64,000 nt of DNA from the NCBI GenBank assembly GCA_963693365.1, contig CAVNZM010000001.1, positions 19,166,125 through 19,230,124 of the forward strand, given 5' to 3'. The position numbers and the translations under genes were made by a program. Origin of the DNA: Amoebidium appalachense (Eukaryota; Protista; Ichthyosporea). Of the stretch, positions 1 through 11,768 are shown piece after piece (positions within the stretch are counted from its first letter, which is position 1; each line of letters starts with the position of its first letter). The notes under the pieces were generated by a model. It was not told where the DNA came from, ran no database searches, and saw only the letters and a program-made list of their open reading frames with translations.

Positions 1-94
1 GTAATGGGATGGTTCATATAGCCACGGTCATAGCGTCATGTAGCTAGGGAAGGTAACGATGATATCGAGAGGAGGAAGGAGGGGGGAGGTGGAA

Positions 95-127
<33 letters not shown>

Positions 128-259
128 GGCAATATCTGCGGTCCCACAAGGGGAGGGAGGGAGGAATGCAACTTGGAATGCAACGTGTGAGGGTTCGAAA
201 GTGGGGGAAGGGGAGGGTGAAATGTGTGGAGGTGTCACATGGGGGTGGGTGTGTGTGTG

Positions 260-295
<36 letters not shown>

Positions 296-388
296 GAAGG
301 GGGGATGAAATATGTTGAGGTCCATTTTTTTTTTTTTTTTTTTTTTGGGGGGGGGGGGGGGGATGAAATCTATGGAGGGTTCAAGTGG

Positions 389-420
<32 letters not shown>

Positions 421-516
421 GCTGGAATATGTAGTTGGGGTTACCACGGGGGGAAGAGGGGAGGGGGGGGGGGGGAGAGGGGGGCGCAACTGCCGATGTT
501 GACGGAGTGTGTGCAG

Positions 517-1883
517 CCGTTTGTGGAAGAGATGATTGCAGAGCTGCACGAAGTCTTCAGCCACGACCCGGGATTCAGCAAGCGCATGTTTGCACGCCAG
601 GTGGGTGTGGGTGTGGGTGTGTGCGTGTGCGTGTTGGGAGGGATTGGCCTCTGCAAACATGCGCATTTTTGTTGTGGTTAAGAGGCTGTAGCTGGTTCGT
701 GTGGCGCATGTGGTGTTCTCTAACGGGCATCGATGCATCGTGTGGGGTTGTGGAGCAGCCAAATCGATTTCCCTCGTGCGAACTCTAACTTGTTTGTGGG
801 TGTGGGTCGGGAGCACTGCACTGCCCGGGGTGTTATTCTTCATAGCTGGCCAGTAAAGCAGTAACGTTTAGGTCACACAAAATCATAACGGTTGAAAAAA
901 TGAAAACATAGCGATGCTCTCATAGCAAGTGGCTCCTTTTTCGGTATTTCTTCCTTTGTCGTTGCACTTGCTTATTTATTCATTTTTCTGCTGCTGATTG
1001 TTTGATGTTCCTCTCATCTCGTCCCACACTCTCCAGGCGTCAGTGATTCGGGGCCAGGTGTTCAACCTGATACAGGCACTCAAGGACAGGCTCAGCCCGT
1101 GGGAGCTCGTGCACATGCCTGTGTGCACAATCAGCAAGGATGGGAACAGACGCTACCAGGTACACACAGCACACACACACACACACACATAGGCCACACT
1201 CATTCACTCACTCACTCACTCGCACGCACGCTCACATACACAAGCACACCGACATGCCCGCTCGCGGCCCTCGCCTAACACTCATGCTCGATTTAGAAGA
1301 GATAATGTGTGTTTGTAATATTATGCATGGTGACACCCTCCTTTCGTACCCCCTGGGAGATTGTACATAACATACACTGAAGATATGTGTGTTTGTCAGT
1401 GTACACACACAAATGTTTGGAGCATGCCCACAGGCACACCATTACACGAGGTCTGGATACAGCCGGGACTGAACCACACACTACACAATATTGTTGCAGC
1501 AGGGTGTTGTTCTCTCTCTCTTCCCCCTTGCCTCACTTCCTACCTCCCTCCCTTCTCTCACGCTTGCAGGCACTCCCTCCACCATCCCGTCGCATCATCC
1601 CCCCCCCCCCCCCTCCTTCCCCCCCTCGCAAAAAAAAAAAAAAAAAAAAAAAACCTTCCCTTGTTTCCTTCGTCATATCTCTCCTCTCTACGTCTGTCCC
1701 TCTTTTGGAGGTAGAGGAGGGAGGGGAGGGGAGGGGGAGGGGGGGGGGGGGGGGGGGGGGGGGGAGGTGTCTGTTTTGTCTGAATGTGTGCGTTTTTTAG
1801 TTTTCGTCGTGTGTCTGTATGTGTGCGTGCGAGAGTGTGGGTTGGTTTTTTTTTGTTTTTTGTTTTTTTTTTTGTTTTTTGTT

Positions 1884-1957
<74 letters not shown>

Positions 1958-2076
1958 GAGTGTCTGTTTTGTCTGAATGTGTGCGTTTTTAGTTTTCGTC
2001 GTGTGTGTCTGTATGTGTGCGTGCGAGAGTGTGGGTTGGTTGTTTTTTTGTTTTTGTTTTGTTTTTTTTTGGTTGG

Positions 2077-2112
<36 letters not shown>

Positions 2113-2192
2113 GGGGGGGGGGGGGGATGATTAATTTCACTTGTGTGCAACAGGAATTCGAAGAAAAGCAGCCGTGCTTCACATGGTGCTGA
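517..2192 (+). CDS. PI4K2: Phosphatidylinositol 4-kinase type II, last three exons (gene begins before the window)
   Basis: GT-AG exons 517-600, 1037-1159 and 2154-2192 join in phase 0 to give PFVEEMIAELHEVFSHDPGFSKRMFARQ/ASVIRGQVFNLIQALKDRLSPWELVHMPVCTISKDGNRRYQ/EFEEKQPCFTWC*. This matches the PI4K2/Lsb6 C-terminus (DPGF..F.KQ..VMRGQ..NL.QALKD..SP..LV.MP; terminal PxFxW[WC]). Confidence 0.9.
1767..2070. repeat. Tandem duplication of a ~100-bp intronic unit separated by poly-G
   Basis: GTGTCTGTTTTGTCTGAATGTGTGCGTTTTT...GCGAGAGTGTGGGTTGGTT occurs at about 1767 and again at about 1960, each followed by T-rich then poly-G tracts. Confidence 0.85.
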
Positions 2193-2943
2193 TGCGGCAG
2201 GGTTGGCCCTTGCTGGCAGCTCTTCTCAACATTACCATTGCCACCCACGATTCAGGCATGATATGGTGCTTAAGATATATGATGAAAAGATATGTATTTG
2301 GTGCATTCTGTGGGTTGATATTTGTGTTTTATACGCTTTCGTGTCTAGGTCTGATGTTCTTCTTGATATGATGTATGTAGTCTCTTGCATGAAGGTCTTC
2401 ATTGTTTTTATGATCCGTCTCGAAGGCTTCCTAGAATGTGTTGGACTAGGGGCTGTGGGAAGCATGGTGCCTAGTATGTTTTAAAGGTGGTTCGGTGATG
2501 TGTGAAGTGGAATTCGAATATATGTATAATGTACCACGTACATACTAAAAAGATGTGCAAATGTACACAAATAAATACAGAGCTGCTACACAGATTTTCC
2601 AGATTCCTGGATCTGATCATCCAAAATCAGTCCCATGTCAACACAGGCTATAGCCTGGAGGCCGGGCATTGTGCGTGTGTACATGTGCAGATTTTAGAGT
2701 CCCCTGTGCAAAACAAAACCAAACCCTCAGTCAGTCTGGTGTGTGCCCCAGCTATTTACATGCTTCCTTGGCTTATAGTACGGCAGATTTTCGGGCCCTG
2801 GGCCCCTGAGAACATGTGTGCCGGGATGACAGTGTGTGCACCTGTATGCATTGGCCCAACGGTCGTAGGTCTGCGAGGGCAAAGATACTACAGAGCCCCT
2901 CTTCCCCCTAACACACACACCCACACCCACACACACACACTGT

Positions 2944-2975
<32 letters not shown>

Positions 2976-3103
2976 ATGACCCGAACACGGTGGTGTCATG
3001 GCTGCCCAAGTGCCGTTCAATCGATGCATGTGCATGCATATGCTGTGGTAAATAACTGAGTATATTGCTCAGAATATTAGCACTACAAACGTCGTTTAGC
3101 TAC

Positions 3104-3149
<46 letters not shown>

Positions 3150-3841
3150 CCCGCCCGCCCGCCCGCCCCGCCCCGCCCGCCCGCCCGCCCGCCCGCCCGC
3201 CCGCCCGCCCGCCCGCCCGCCCGCCCCCGCCCCGGCCCCTCCTCCTCCACGGGCACGTAACCCTATGTACATGTAGAGTCCCTCGAACAACACCGTGACG
3301 TACACTGTCAAAGATTCCCCTCAACCCCCTCCCCCCCCCCCCCCCCTGCACACCACCGCCCCTCCCCTCAGGCTGATGATACGCACGCCTGCCCGCAGCA
3401 AGCTCGGTTCAGGCGTCCGAGCGGACGTACACACACACATGCACACAGTCAAATACCTTTGTTGACGAACTCGTAAAGAGTGTAGTCTAATGATCACTAA
3501 AGAAAAAAGGCTACGTGAGTGTATAGAGTGTAGTCGTAGTGTAGACAGCACTCAAAGTGACTAATCCGTGACATGGGGCGCATGCTGCCGAATTTGCAGG
3601 CGTTTGCATGCAATGGAGCAGCACAAGGACCACCAAGGTGTAAAAGTACAATGTGCCTATTTATTTATGGCAACCCACCATACAGCCACCAGGGCTAAGT
3701 GTTCAGTCACTAAGAATAACATCCCAAATATTCAGCAGATTGCTTTATACAAGCAAAGCCTTAGATAAATATAATTTTACAGTGTACTGAAAAGGGCACT
3801 ACTGAAGAGGGCACCACTGTACAACACTAAATTCTACCCAT

Positions 3842-6800
3842 CTAGCATGTGCTCACACCGCACTTGGCAGCGCCGTTGTCACACACACACTTGGAGCAGG
3901 CACTGGTGAACTCATCACCGCTCTCGTACACGGTGTCAGCGGTAACACGGCACATGCCATAGCCAGGGCCGGGCTTGGGCGTGCAGCCGCCGGTGCAGGA
4001 AGTGCTGCCGTTGGGCTGGCACATACATGTGGTGCACTCGTTGAGGATGAGACGCTCACCAATGTTCAGGGTCACACCACGCAGCGTGCAGGTGCTGGGC
4101 ATGGGGTTGGGTGTGGGTGTGGGGGCAGCCGTGGTGGTGGTAGGGGCGGGCACGACGGACGTGGTGGTGGGGGCAGCCGTGGTGGTGGGGGCAGCCGTGG
4201 TGGTGGGGGCAGCTGTGGTGGTGGTAGGGGCGGGCACGACGGACGTGGTGGTGGGGGCAGCCGTGGTGGTGGTAGGGGCGGGCACGACGGACGTGGTGGT
4301 GGGGGCAGCCGTGGTGGTGGGGGCAGCTGTGGTGGTGGTAGGGGCGGGCACGACGGACGTGGTGGTGGGGGCAGCCGTGGTGGTGGTAGGGGCGGGCACG
4401 TCGGACGTGGTGGTGGGGGCAGCTGTGGTGGTGGTAGGGGCGGGCACGACGGACGTGGTGGTGGGGGCAGCCGTGGTGGTGGTAGGGGCAGGCACGACGG
4501 ACGTGGTGGTGGGGGCAGCCGTGGTGGTGGGGGCAGCTGTGGTGGTGGTAGGGGCGGGCACGACGGACGTGGTGGTGGGGGCAGCCGTGGTGGTGGTAGG
4601 GGCGGGCACGTCGGACGTGGTGGTGGGGGCAGCTGTGGTGGTGGTAGGGGCGGGCACGACGGACGTGGTGGTGGGGGCAGCCGTGGTGGTGGTAGGGGCA
4701 GGCACGACGGACGTGGTGGTGGGGGCAGCCGTGGTGGTGGGGGCAGCTGTGGTGGTGGTAGGGGCGGGCACGACGGACGTGGTGGTGGGGGCAGCCGTGG
4801 TGGTGGTAGGGGCGGGCACGTCGGACGTGGTGGTGGGGGCAGCTGTGGTGGTGGTAGGGGCGGGCACGACGGACGTGGTGGTGGGGGGCAGCCGTGGTGG
4901 TCGTAGGGGCGGGCACGACGGACGTGGTGGTGGGGGCAGCCGTGGTGGTGGTAGGGGCGGGCACGACGGACGTGGTGGTGGGGGCAGCCGTGGTGGTGGT
5001 AGGGGCGGGCACGACGGACGTGGTGGTGGGGGCAGCCGTGGTGGTGGTAGGGGCGGGCACAACCGAAATGGTTGGTGGGCACGAGCCAGAGGGCTTGCAA
5101 GACACAGACCCGTAGTAGCAGCTGCATGTGCTGCAGCCGTTATCGGTAGAGATGGTGGTGTCGTGCATGAAGATGACGCCGTTGTTGCTGCAATAGGTGC
5201 TGCATGAGCCGGAGGGTCCACAGCTCTTCACCCCGTTGTTGCACGTGCACTGGCCGCAGCCGTTGTCCGTGTGGATGGTTGTGCCATGGGCAAATGTGAA
5301 ACCCTGCTCCGTGCAGCTGGCTGGGGGAGGGGGAGGTGGCGCAGTGGTGGTGGTAGGGACAGCGGTGGTGGTGGTGGTAGGGGAAACGGATGATGTAGGT
5401 GGTGGGCACGAACCAGAGGGGGTGCAGGCGACGATGCCGTAGTTGCAGGTGCACACGCTGCAGCCATTGTCCGCACGGATGGCAGTGTTGTGCATGAACG
5501 TCACACCATTGTAGTTGCACACGGCGCCGCATGAGCCAGAAGGCCCGCAAGCCAAGCCACCGTTGTTGCACGTGCACCGACCGCAGCCGTTGTCTGTGCG
5601 GATGGTTGTGCCGTGAGCCACAACTGCGCCCTGGTAAACACAGTTTGCCGGGGTGGGCGTCGTGGTGGTGGGGACAGCCGTAGTGGTGGGGACAGCCGTG
5701 GTGATAGGGGCAGTGATGGTGGTAGGGGCGGGCACAACCGAAGTGGTTAGTGGGCACGAACCAGAGGGCTTGCAAGACACAGACCCGTAGTAGCAGCTGC
5801 ATGTGCTGCAGCCGTTATCGGCAGAGATGGTGGTGCCGTGCATGAAGATGACACCGTTGTTGCTGCAATAGGTGCTGCATGAGCCGGTGGGTCCGCAGCT
5901 CTTCACCCCGTTGTTGCACGTGCACTGGCCGCAGCCGTTGTCCGTGCGGATGGTTGTGCCATGGGCAAATGTGAAACCCTGCTCCGTGCAGCTGGCTGGG
6001 GGAGGGGGAGGTGGCGCAGTGGTGGTGGTAGGGACAGGGGTGGTGGTGGTGGTAGGGACGACGGTGGTGGTGGTGGTGGTGGGGGCGACGGAGGACGTGG
6101 TCGGGGCCGGCAGAGTGGTCGGTGGGCACGAACCAGAGGGGGTGCAGGCGACGAAGCCGTAGTTGCAGGTGCACACACTGCAGCCATTGTCCGCACGGAT
6201 GGTAGTGTTGTGCATGAACGTCACACCGTTGTAGTTGCACACGGCGCTGCATGAGCCGGAAGGCCCGCAAGCCAAGCCACCGTTGTTGCACGTGCACTGA
6301 CCGCAGCCGTTGTCCGTGCGGATGGTTGTGCCGTGAGCCACAACTGCGCCCTGGTAAACACAGTTGGCCGGGGTGGGCGTCGTGGTGGTGGGGACAGCGG
6401 CAGTGGTGGTAGGAACAGCGGAGGTGGTGGTAGGAACAGCAGTGGTGGTGGTAGGGGCGAACGAGGAGGTGGTCGGGGCACATGAACCGGAAGGCGTACA
6501 CATGGCCACACCGTTGCGGCAGTTGCAGAGCGAGCAACCGTTGTCCCTACGAACAATCTCACCGTTTTTGATTACGGTCGAGGCATCAACACGGCAATCG
6601 CCATTGGGGGGTTTGGGCTGGGGATTGCAACCACCTGTGCAGAACGACATACCATTGTTGCATGCACAGGACAGGCACTCGCTGAACACCACCATGTTGC
6701 CGTTCAAAACGGTGATGTCACGAATTGTGCACCTGCCAGAGGCTGGGGCCGGGTTAGGTGTGGGGTAGTCGGGCTTCACATTGCCACAGGTGCGGGGGCA

Positions 6801-7073
6801 AACAAACCGGCCACTGCTGCACTGGCATGGGCACGGCCGGCCAGCAATGCGGACTGAATGTCCGTGACTAACCTTGCGGTTACCCGACAGCCAGCAGCTC
6901 CCGGGAGAGTATGGGCTCGGTGCAGGGGCCGGAGGGGCGGGGGCCGGAATAGGCAGACACTGACCATTCACCAGCTGCTTGTTGCCTGAACACTGGATGG
7001 GTCCCTCCGCATAGCCAAGGGTGGCCCCCATTGCCGTACCGGCAAGGAAGGGCGCTATCAAAGCAAGCTTCAT
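3842..7073 (-). CDS. Secreted protein with 13 six-Cys VWC-like modules and a Thr/Pro mucin-like repeat; one frameshift at about 4883-4888
   Basis: ATG at 7073 (MKLALIAPFLAGTAMGA, signal-peptide-like), no introns. Modules of the form CxxxGxxxxHGTTIxxDNGCxxCxCxxGxxxCxPSGSC. One repeat unit has G6 instead of G5 at 4883-4888; removing one base joins ORF 4056-7088 to ORF 3842-5221 into a 1076-aa protein ending ...CGVSTC*. Confidence 0.85.
4120..5060 (-). repeat. Coding minisatellite: 48-bp units (PTTTSVVPAPTTTTAA) in a 210-bp higher-order repeat
   Basis: Positions 4441-4500 and 4651-4710 are identical, including the diagnostic GGGGCAGGCAC variant. Confidence 0.9.
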
Positions 7074-7080
7074 TTTAGAG

Positions 7081-7146
7081 CCTGTCAACCAAATCTAAAC
7101 GAATCGCCAAGGGAACCTGTCAACCAAATCTAAACGAATCGCCAAG
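7081..7146. repeat. 31-bp direct repeat immediately upstream of the start codon
   Basis: CCTGTCAACCAAATCTAAACGAATCGCCAAG at 7081-7111 and 7116-7146. Confidence 0.9.
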
Positions 7147-7259
7147 AAATCACTGAACCGAACGGCGAAGAGCTATGGCGAAGCCTGCACACGAACTTAT
7201 GGACTGCGAACTCGACATGTCCATGTGGTGATCTGAGACGGAAAATGTGTGTGGTCAGG

Positions 7260-7270
7260 TTTATATAGCC
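7260..7270 (-). promoter_or_regulatory. Candidate TATA box of the Cys-module gene
   Basis: GGCTATATAAA on the minus strand about 190 bp upstream of the ATG at 7073; motif only. Confidence 0.35.
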
Positions 7271-7549
7271 GCATAATCATTCTTTCCATGACGATGATTG
7301 GATACAATAGTGCCGGTCTTAGATATGAATGGTTCTTATTCCACATTGGTTGATCTAACCAGCATTCTTGTCTCCCTACACTCAGCCTGCCACTTCCGCC
7401 CGGAGTCCGCCGTCAGGACGCTGAAAACCACGGCCCTCTAAGCCGTGTGAAAGCTCATTCCTCAGAATCGGATATATTTTTTTTCTTTTGACTGGATTTA
7501 TTCGACGGAAAGATAGGACAAGTATGCACGGCATACTGAGAAGACAATA

Positions 7550-9250
7550 AAAAAACTTCACGAGTTATCCAGTAACAAGTGCATACTGAGATACCTGAAC
7601 ACTGTGTGAAAATCATATAAATACTCAATGTGACGACCAACAGAATTCAACAAAAAGTCTAAAGTGTTCACATATATTCGCCATATGGTTAATCTAGGGG
7701 GAGACGCTGGCGGGGAGAGACAAAAATGTGGCAAGTTATCTGGAGGAATGTGGTCAGCGGATCAATAGTTGGGCATAGAAACTGGGCCAAATTCTAAGAT
7801 CGGCTCTTTAGAACGAACTAAAGAACCTATTCTACTAAGAGAAAAGGCCTTGGTGTTCTAGGAAAAAAATTGGTAAATAAAAAGGCGCGCAATATTGGTA
7901 TAAACTTATAGGGGCGTCCGGCGCCATCTTCATTGTCAAAATAGGTAAAAATCGCTTGTTCTTATGCCTTAGCTGGGTTGCGCTGGGGCCTGATCGATGC
8001 CCACGAGTCCTGCTCGCGACCGCCAGGATTATGATAAGAAGGTGATTCTTCAGTATCATTTTGACCATGAAAAAGGGGTTAGAGACCATATGATACTTAT
8101 AACGAAATTACGTGTCGCTTGATATTCTAACGTTTTTATTAAGCACCCAAAGCCTCTTTTCTATTGAAAAAAAGACTTAAATATACTTTAAATGGCTTTT
8201 GGCTATGACCTTAATAATGGATCCTGACCACATTCCAATCTTGTAAACCCTAGGCTATTTTTAGTAAATACCTTAAATGTACATATCCCGAATAGGCAGC
8301 AACGCTACCAGCAAAAGATCATGCTATATTGGATGCTTGTTTCAATATCAGATTCTCAGAAATCAGTACTGACCAAAATCACCCGCGTGGGGGGGAAGCC
8401 GGGAGGGGGGCCTGCAGGGGAGGGGGGGGGGGTGTGTGGGGGGGCCGGGGGGCGGGGGGGGGGGGGGGGGGGGGGGGAAGGGGGGGGTGGGAGGAGGTGT
8501 GACACATGTGGGGCAACTGAGCCGTAGATCCTCAATGGACCGTCGACCAGCCAAATCATAGTTCGTGCCCCTGGGCCTGGTCATCTCGGAGACCGTGGGA
8601 GTCGGCAGTATAACGGAGTCGGAGTATATCAGATCACTTGAATCAATTTTATTCAGCACATGTACAAACTACAAAGTGTTTCATATATTTTGTCGACGTC
8701 GGGTTTGTGTGAGAAGCAGATCAAAAGACCGCTCCATTCTTCTTCAAATTAAAATTATTGTCCGACTGGCCCGATGTTTGGAAATTTTGGAAAATTCAAA
8801 TCGTACAAATATTAATGTAGTCCGTAGTCCGCCGGCAGGATTCCGCTCTTCTCATGCCATATGGCCATGGATAGCGAAGCTACGTATACCCGAAATGAAT
8901 TCAAGATTTTAACCCATGGACATACAATACATACGCCCACATTACACACACTCTGATAATAGGACAACCTAGGTATTACTAAGCGGTTACGTACTGTAGC
9001 TGTGGCCACATCATCACATTAATTTATGCATTGAATTCGAACCCCCGCCCACGGCCTGATCATAATATTCGAATTCTTGTGTAGAATGCGTGTGTAACAA
9101 GGTGCATTGGTACCAGCAATCCATGGCCACAACTGGTGTACTGGTAGGAATAACCGATTTCCTCCGAACCAGGCATTCGGGTAGGTAAAACTGGCATTCC
9201 CACGGCAAAGCTGTGTCGAAATCACACATCATAATGCATCCTTCATGGGC
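7550..9250 (-). pseudogene. Decayed Plavaka/CACTA-like transposase fragment (tentative)
   Basis: Manual minus-strand translation across many stops and frameshifts gives, in the expected order, LNFPKF (~8790), SHKPDVDKIYE (~8700), PSYHNPGGREQDSW (~8030), LRAFLFT..PRPFLLVE* (~7850), RADHIPP-like (~7750) and IYVNTLD (~7665). These resemble the Plavaka C-terminal motifs NxPKxH, ExxHxxxxKxxY, PxALVEW, RAxHLIP and FYVN. Confidence 0.4.
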
Positions 9251-9467
9251 ACGCCGCCCGTGTGTGACTGCCTGGTAAGGTGCTCCAATGTCTTGGTCTA
9301 GGGAGATAAGTGTGGATCTTTCAGATGCCATTTTGATTGGCCAACAGGCATTTTTTGTGTGTAGATCTATTTTGATTGGCTCAGTAAGACTGAGCTCTTG
9401 GCGTTCTTGCCCGATGTTTGTGATTGGTTGGGGATGCACCATCCGATCCGTGCATGATATGGAGGTA

Positions 9468-11455
9468 GGGGTTTACACACTTTTTATTGCGTGGACAGGG
9501 GGGGGGGGGGGGTTTACACACTTTTTATTGCGTGGACATTGCCGGAGGCCCAGCCACATTCGACGGCCTACTGCGTTTTCCAGCACAGCCAATCAAATGC
9601 AGCCAGTGACATATGTACATGCTAGGCAACAATGAGCGCCATCGTAGTATCTGACACCCCTATTACATATTATGGGTAAGCAGATGCTAGCATCGGTAGC
9701 TCCGACAGAAAGTTAAGGCACCGGATCACAATATCATACTGTGCAGCATTAATAAGGTGATCTAGGATAGTCATCTTAAAACGGATATATTGAGGAAGAG
9801 AGGAAGAAAAGAGAATAAAACCGCCAATAACCTCCGGTTCTAATACATTAGCTAACAGGTTGCATTTATTGATAGATATGCAGCCGCGAGTAAACCGCCC
9901 CCACACATATTACACATACGAGCAGGAGACACCAGAAACCGATTACACCGCCAAGCCATAATCATCTTTGCGTTTTTACACCACACCACATTACGAATAA
10001 ACGAATCTATGTATGAACGAGACTCTCTAACCGTATCCGCCATATAGGCTACTAGTAGTTGGTGTTTTTGCGGTCCTAACACCGGAAGGGACTCAGCACG
10101 TAGAGTAAAAAGATATCTATCAGCCATAGACTTGAAACTATTCATATTCACACTATGATCTAGCCGTACCTCCGGGGGGGTCGCCAGCCATTCCACATAG
10201 CGCTCGGCAATGGGCAGAGACGATGGGGAAGGGAAGAGGTAGAGGGGCGAATCCGGCGGGGATGCGTGTAGCCGGAAGAGCGGGTGGTCCGGGGCACAAG
10301 CGGACAGGCGGGTGATGTGCTCGTGAAATTTAAGGGCTAATTCGTGTACGCGTTGTGATGGTGGTGTGAGTGCGTAGAGAGAATCAAAAAGGCGTCTAGG
10401 GATAGGTGTGGAAAGACCAGTGAGAAACATACAACAAGTTGTTGTAAACATCTGTACACGCCGTACATGTTTACTATTACGAATATACTGTACATATCAT
10501 AGTGATCACGTAGATATTGTGTACATATGATCAGATCAATATCACACGCGACAGCCGCGGGCTGCGGCTCACGACTGAGCCGCGGCGCCGGCAATATGCA
10601 GTGGCCGTGCAGTCAGTATGAACCAATAGAATTCGAGAACCGCTAGGATAGGAATGCAAGTCTCATCCACTACGGAGGCGACATCTATAGCTAAACGAAC
10701 GGAACCAATAAGGAAATCAGACCCAGTTGCATAAACCTAAACGGGCTTAAGTATTGACCAATCATTTGCCACAAAGTTATCCTTTTAGTTAGCTTCATGT
10801 TATTGGTGCACTGTGTGCACATAAAGACGACCGCACTCTTCTGACTGGTCAGAAGTCACGAAGGCATCAATGCCACCCATCCAGATGATCCGGAACCTGG
10901 GGGCTATATAAACAAGCCGTCCCAGTACGGGGGATCACTCTGAACGAGCACATTAAATAGTAACCTGGCCGCGTGTGCCTTACTACCCGTTCTCTGTCTT
11001 TATTCTGATTCAGTTGTTCTCTGCCTTATCCCAACTAGTTCAACTGTTTACAGTTGTGTAATGGAAATCATCTAATGATTTGAGCACATTAGTAACAGTA
11101 TCAAGGGGTGCCATAGCTAGTAAGGGCAACCCGTATTCCGACAAAGGGCGAATATATGTGCGAAATATACTAAGACGATTGTATAGGTGGACAGTATGAG
11201 AAAGAGTAGCAAGATACACATCCCGAAATAACCGAAGACACCTGCCTGCACTCTCCACCCGACGGTCGATCATCCGTTTGAAACATATGCCCCATTCGTC
11301 CACCGGAATCCCCAAATACTTGTATTCGATTGGGCGAGGGAGGGGACTGCCGAAAATACAAACGTCGTCCCATGCCGGTATCGATTTTGATAAAAGGGCA
11401 CACTTTTTGACATTAATCTGCATATCGTTGCGCTGGCACCAATGTTCAACCACCT
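9468..11455 (-). mobile_element. 5'-truncated non-LTR retrotransposon (RT domains 6-7/thumb plus C-terminal Cys motif) with 11-bp TSD
   Basis: ATATGGAGGTA flanks both ends (9457-9467 and 11456-11466). ORF 11040-11453 has WCQRNDMQINVKKC...YKYLG...RLSIFRTYIRPLSEYG, typical of the non-LTR RT C-terminal half. It continues in 9852-10437 and 9670-9900 (CNMCGGRFTRGCISINKC...TILDHLIN). The 3' end carries an AATAAA-containing unit duplicated around poly-C. Confidence 0.88.
10443..11052 (+). mobile_element. Solo LTR (610 bp) with 5-bp TSD
   Basis: Begins TGTAAACA and ends TGTTTACA (8-bp inverted termini, TG...CA), flanked by GTTGT at 10438-10442 and 11053-11057. Internal GCTATATAAA at about 10903. Excision restores the host ORF in frame (LDDFHYTT-CCMFLTGL). 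Confidence 0.88.
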
Positions 11456-11536
11456 ATATGGAGGTAATTGTTTTACCCGGATCGCCTGATATTTGCCGAT
11501 TAGGCTAATCGGGTATGCGATCTGATATGGGATTAT

Positions 11537-11768
11537 CTTTCTGATTCTAACGGTTATGTTTGATTGGCTAAAATCTTTAAACTGGTTATGGTAATCGACG
11601 TTTTGCTGTTTCTATCTAGGTCCAATAGATAGGTGATTGGTTGTATATCATGCTATGCTGTTGTCATCTGCTTACGTAATGCTGCTTTCTGATTCTAACG
11701 TTTATGTTTGTTTGGCCTAAATCTTTAAACTGGTTACTTATAACAGCAAAACGTCATCTATGATTACC
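11537..11768. repeat. 52-bp direct repeat pair followed by an inverted segment
   Basis: Direct repeats at 11537-11588 and 11685-11736. GGTAATC-GACGTTTTGCTGTT (11590-11610) reappears inverted at 11742-11768 with a 6-bp insertion. Confidence 0.85.

Noticed and set aside
4056-4885. His-rich C-terminus of the 1010-aa ORF as the true protein
   Set aside because: It arises from one extra G in a repeat unit; the other frame continues the Thr/Pro repeat and ends in two more Cys modules.
3975-5207. 410-aa Val/Gly/Ala-rich plus-strand ORF
   Set aside because: Antisense shadow of the Thr/Pro repeat.
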